The translations under genes were made by a program, and so were the position numbers. Shown here in pieces: positions 60,891 to 64,000 of a DNA stretch of 64,000 nucleotides. The notes under the pieces are model-generated. The model was given only the letters and a program-made list of their open reading frames with translations. It was not told where the DNA came from and searched no databases. The stretch comes from Microbacterium sp. (GTDB lineage: Bacteria > Actinomycetota > Actinomycetes > Actinomycetales > Microbacteriaceae), in the NCBI RefSeq assembly GCF_041909575.1, contig NZ_JAYRDE010000004.1:2748-66747 (forward strand), written 5' to 3'. The stretch's first letter is position 1, and each line of letters begins with the position of its first letter.

Positions 60891-61063
60891 ACGAGCCACA
60901 CTAAGCGGCGATCCGCCGGGCCACTTGCAGCGGCGCCGAGTTTCGCGGTATTGGGACACGCCGAGTGATCAGCCCTTCCTCCCCAGCCCGCGAGCGACGC
61001 CTCCAGCACACAGCCTGTGCCCTGTGCGATCCGCCCGTCGCCCGGTCGCGCGAGGATGGTCGC

Positions 61064-61600
61064 ATGACCTCGCCGCACCCGCCCCGGTTCCTCGTCCACC
61101 CCTCTCCGGTCGGCGATGTCCTGATCGTCACGACCGACGACGGCGTGGTCACCCTCCACCCGTTCGAGGGTCCGCTCGGCGCCGAGCTCGAGCGCGTGGC
61201 GCTGGCGTTGCGAGAGCTTCCGGTTCCCGTCGAGACGGATGCCGCGACCGGCGACCTCGCCCATATCGCCGCCGCGCAGCTCGACGAGTACTTCGACGGC
61301 GAGCGCCGCGTGTTCGACCTGCCGCTGGACTGGCGACTCGTGCGCGGATTCACCCGCTCGGCGCTCGAGGCCGTGTGCGGCATCCCGTACGGCGAGACGG
61401 CCGGGTACGGCGAGGTCGCGATCAGCGCAGGGAGCCCGCGAGCTGCGCGCGCGGTCGGGACGGCGTGCGCGACGACCCCGTTCTCGATCGTCGTGCCGGT
61501 GCACCGCGTCGTGCGGGCGGACGGCTCGCTCGGCGAGTACGGCGGCCGGCCCGAGGTGAAGCAGTACCTCATCGATCTGGAGCGTGCCGCGGGCGTGTAG
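61064..61600 (+). CDS. Ogt/AGT-fold protein lacking the catalytic Cys (alkyltransferase-like)
   Basis: LDEYFDG, IPYGET..YGEVA, RAARAVGTAC, PVHRVV, YGG..VK..L. Confidence 0.88.
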   Translation: MTSPHPPRFLVHPSPVGDVLIVTTDDGVVTLHPFEGPLGAELERVALALRELPVPVETDAATGDLAHIAAAQLDEYFDGERRVFDLPLDWRLVRGFTRSALEAVCGIPYGETAGYGEVAISAGSPRAARAVGTACATTPFSIVVPVHRVVRADGSLGEYGGRPEVKQYLIDLERAAGV

Positions 61601-61614
61601 GCCGCCCGCGCGCA

Positions 61615-61648
61615 GCACGGCCCGGGCGGCGAGCCGCCCGGGCCGTGC
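61615..61648. terminator. Perfect GC hairpin between convergent ogt-like and actP genes
   Basis: GCACGGCCCGGGCGGC-GA-GCCGCCCGGGCCGTGC. Confidence 0.75.
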
Positions 61649-61665
61649 GTTCCCGAGTGATCGGG

Positions 61666-63279
61666 TCAGTGACTGCTGGCCTTCTCCGCGCCGAAGCCGG
61701 TGAGGGAGCGCACGTCCATCTCCGCGGCCTTCCGGCGATCCTCCGCCTTGCGCGAGGTCACCGAGCCGAGCCAGCCGAGGAAGAACCCGAGCGGGATCGA
61801 CACGATGCCGGGGTTGTTGAGCGGCCAGATGGGTGTGCCGACCTTGAATACGCTCGTCTCGCTCCCCCAGAACACCGGGGACAGGAAGATGAGGATCACC
61901 GCGGCGGCGAGGCCGCCGTACATGCTCCACACCGCGCCCCGCGTGGTGAACCGGCGCCAGAACAGCGAGTAGAGGATCGTCGGCAGGTTGGCCGAGGCCG
62001 CCACCGCGAAGGCGAGCGCCACGAGGAACGCGACGTTCTGACCCTGCACGCCGATGCCGCCGAGGATCGCGAGGATGCCGATCACGATCACGGTGCGACG
62101 GGCGACCTTGACCTCGCCGTCCGGCGGGACGTTCCCCTTCTTCACGACGTTCGCGTAGATGTCGTGCGCGAACGACGCCGCTGCCGTGATCGTGAGGCCC
62201 GCGACGACCGCGAGGATCGTGGCGAACGCGACCGCGGAGATGAACCCGAGCAGGATCGGTCCGCCGAGCTCCAGCGCGAGCAGCGGGGCGGCGGAGTTGA
62301 CCCCGCCGGGAGCGGCGGCGATCGCCTCGGGGCCGACGAGCGCGCCGGCACCGTAGCCGAGGACGAGGGTCAGCAGGTAGAAGAGGCCGATCAACCAGAT
62401 CGCCCACACCACCGAGCGACGCGCCTCCTTGGCGGTGGGCACCGTGTAGAACCGCATCAGCACGTGCGGGAGGCCCGCGGTGCCGAGCACGAGGGCGATC
62501 GCGAGCGAGATGAAGTCCCACGGGTTGGCGCCGTACTGCAGTCCGGGTCCGAGGATGGCTTCGCCCTGCGGCGAGGCGGCGACGGCGTTCTCGAGGAGGG
62601 TGTTGAGGCTGAACCCGTTGATCGCGAGCACCCAGATGGTCATGACGAGCGCGCCGCCGATGAGGAGGAACGCCTTCACGATCTGCACCCAGGTCGTGCC
62701 CTTCATGCCGCCGACGAGCACGTAGACGATCATGAGCACGCCCACGACGGCGACGACGATCGACTGCCCGAGCTGCTCGGTGATGCCGAGCAGGAGCGAC
62801 ACGAGGCCGCCGGCGCCGGCCATCTGCGCGAGCAGGTAGAAGAAGCAGACGGCGAGCGTCGTGATCGCCGCGGCCATGCGCACCGGGCGCTCCTTGAGGC
62901 GGAACGACAGCACGTCGGCCATCGTGAACTTGCCGGTGTTGCGCATGAGCTCGGCGACGAGCAGCAGCGCGACCAGCCAGGCAACGAGGAATCCGATCGA
63001 GTAGAGGAAGCCGTCGTAGCCGTTGATGGCGATGGCGCCGCAGATGCCGAGGAACGACGCCGCGGACAGGTAGTCGCCGGAGATCGCGAAGCCGTTCTGG
63101 GGTCCGGTGAACGAGCGTCCGGCGGCGTAGTAGTCCGCCGCCGTCTTGTTGTTGCGGCTCGCGCGGATCACGATGAACAGCGTCACGGCGACGAACGCAC
63201 CGAAGATCGAGATGTTGAGGATGGGGTTGTTCTCGGTCGTGGTCACGGCCGCCTCGACCGCGGTGAAGAACTCATTCAT
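61666..63279 (-). CDS. actP: Cation/acetate symporter (SSS family)
   Basis: DYYAAGR, NGFAISGDYLSAASFLG, GGMKGTTWVQ, GTAGLPH.LMRFYTVP; start ATG 63279. Confidence 0.92.
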   Translation of the reverse strand: MNEFFTAVEAAVTTTENNPILNISIFGAFVAVTLFIVIRASRNNKTAADYYAAGRSFTGPQNGFAISGDYLSAASFLGICGAIAINGYDGFLYSIGFLVAWLVALLLVAELMRNTGKFTMADVLSFRLKERPVRMAAAITTLAVCFFYLLAQMAGAGGLVSLLLGITEQLGQSIVVAVVGVLMIVYVLVGGMKGTTWVQIVKAFLLIGGALVMTIWVLAINGFSLNTLLENAVAASPQGEAILGPGLQYGANPWDFISLAIALVLGTAGLPHVLMRFYTVPTAKEARRSVVWAIWLIGLFYLLTLVLGYGAGALVGPEAIAAAPGGVNSAAPLLALELGGPILLGFISAVAFATILAVVAGLTITAAASFAHDIYANVVKKGNVPPDGEVKVARRTVIVIGILAILGGIGVQGQNVAFLVALAFAVAASANLPTILYSLFWRRFTTRGAVWSMYGGLAAAVILIFLSPVFWGSETSVFKVGTPIWPLNNPGIVSIPLGFFLGWLGSVTSRKAEDRRKAAEMDVRSLTGFGAEKASSH

Positions 63280-63629
63280 ACGGAGGCCTCCTGCTGCTGC
63301 TCGAGCCCGTCGCGGATCTCCTCGGAGATCGGGTCGAGCTTGCGGTTGGCGTACCAGACGTAGGTCATGGTGATCGCGAAGGTGGTGACGAACTGGCCGA
63401 GCCCGAAGATCAGGCCGACGGTGATGTCGCCCCACACGCGCTGCGCCATGAAGTCCGGCGCGAAGGACGAGAGCAGGACGTACGCGAAGTACCAGACGAG
63501 GAACGCGATCGCCATGGGGAACACGAACCCGCGATGGCGACGCTTGAGCTCGACGAACGGGGGCGATTCCTCGACCGCGATGTAGTCGATTCCGCCGGGT
63601 GGGGCGGTGTCGATCCGGGGATCGGACAT
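63276..63629 (-). CDS. DUF485 membrane protein (YjcH-like)
   Basis: F..L.RR.R.F.FP, FGLGQF, Y..YAN..LDP; ATGA overlap with actP. Confidence 0.9.
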   Translation of the reverse strand: MSDPRIDTAPPGGIDYIAVEESPPFVELKRRHRGFVFPMAIAFLVWYFAYVLLSSFAPDFMAQRVWGDITVGLIFGLGQFVTTFAITMTYVWYANRKLDPISEEIRDGLEQQQEASV

Positions 63630-63770
63630 GTGGCCTCCTTGCCTCATGGACGGGCGCGCCGATGCGCCCGGTGGGGAGCCCGGGCGGCGGGGCGAGCGGC
63701 CGACCCGGGTGGTAAGGTCGACGCTACGAAAAGCGGCGAGGACGCCGTCACCCCCGGAAGTAGGTAGTGC

Positions 63771-64000
63771 GTGGGCGCGCTGACCGGCACCCGACAGATG
63801 AGCGATGCGCAGGTTCTCGCCGGCGCCGTCGCCGAACTCGTGCGCCGCACCCGCTTCCCCGTCGCCTTCGGCGGTCTCGAGCACGACGACGCCATCCACG
63901 TCACGGCCGTCGTCGGAGCCCGCACGCGCAGTCTCGAGGGACTCGTCGTGCAGGCCTCGCGGGGTCTGGGCGGACGGGCGCTGGTCGAGAAGCGGCCGCG
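63771..64000 (+). CDS. GAF-domain regulator, probable RamA-like LuxR family (truncated by the window end)
   Basis: RTRFPVAFGG...GARTRSLEGLVV..SRGLGGRAL..KRP; divergent from DUF485-actP; start 63771 or 63798. Confidence 0.6.
   Translation, partial: MGALTGTRQMSDAQVLAGAVAELVRRTRFPVAFGGLEHDDAIHVTAVVGARTRSLEGLVVQASRGLGGRALVEKRP

Noticed and set aside
57124-63363. Long antisense or alternate-frame ORFs (e.g. 58627-60888, 59001-60968, 60430-63363, 28706-31141, 12947-15004)
   Set aside because: These are shadow ORFs expected in ~72% GC DNA. They lie opposite well-supported genes and have no recognisable motifs.

Overview
High-GC (~70-72%) actinobacterial chromosome segment. Gene content and order point to Microbacteriaceae, probably Microbacterium (inference). 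It is mostly core or semi-core: nrdHIEF (class Ib ribonucleotide reductase), hutHUI/hutG with an IclR regulator, a LacI-controlled sugar ABC plus glycosidase operon, a hemA/hemE-Y-Q-C-B-L cluster, tRNA-Ala(CGC), the galU/rimJ/5-FTHF cyclo-ligase/fmdB/mscL block, and actP. I saw no integrase, transposase, prophage, CRISPR array or rRNA. The most unusual signals are: (1) the non-palindromic octamer CGGATGCC/GGCATCCG occurs about 65 times by eye in both orientations; (2) a family of ~80-100 bp intergenic inverted-repeat elements with AACTCC...GGAGT(T) ends, one abutting a 7-bp tandem repeat of the same core; (3) two divergent, apparently catalytically dead DNA-repair-like proteins (an SF1 helicase/nuclease with a broken Walker A/B, and an Ogt-like protein with PVHR instead of PCHR); (4) a secreted acidic protein built from alternating YD-like and DxDxDG repeats; (5) DNA-damage promoter motifs (PafBC-type, LexA) at nrdH and at a DUF222-HNH gene. 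Start codons were adjusted by eye from the ORF track. All family assignments come from motif recognition, not database searches.
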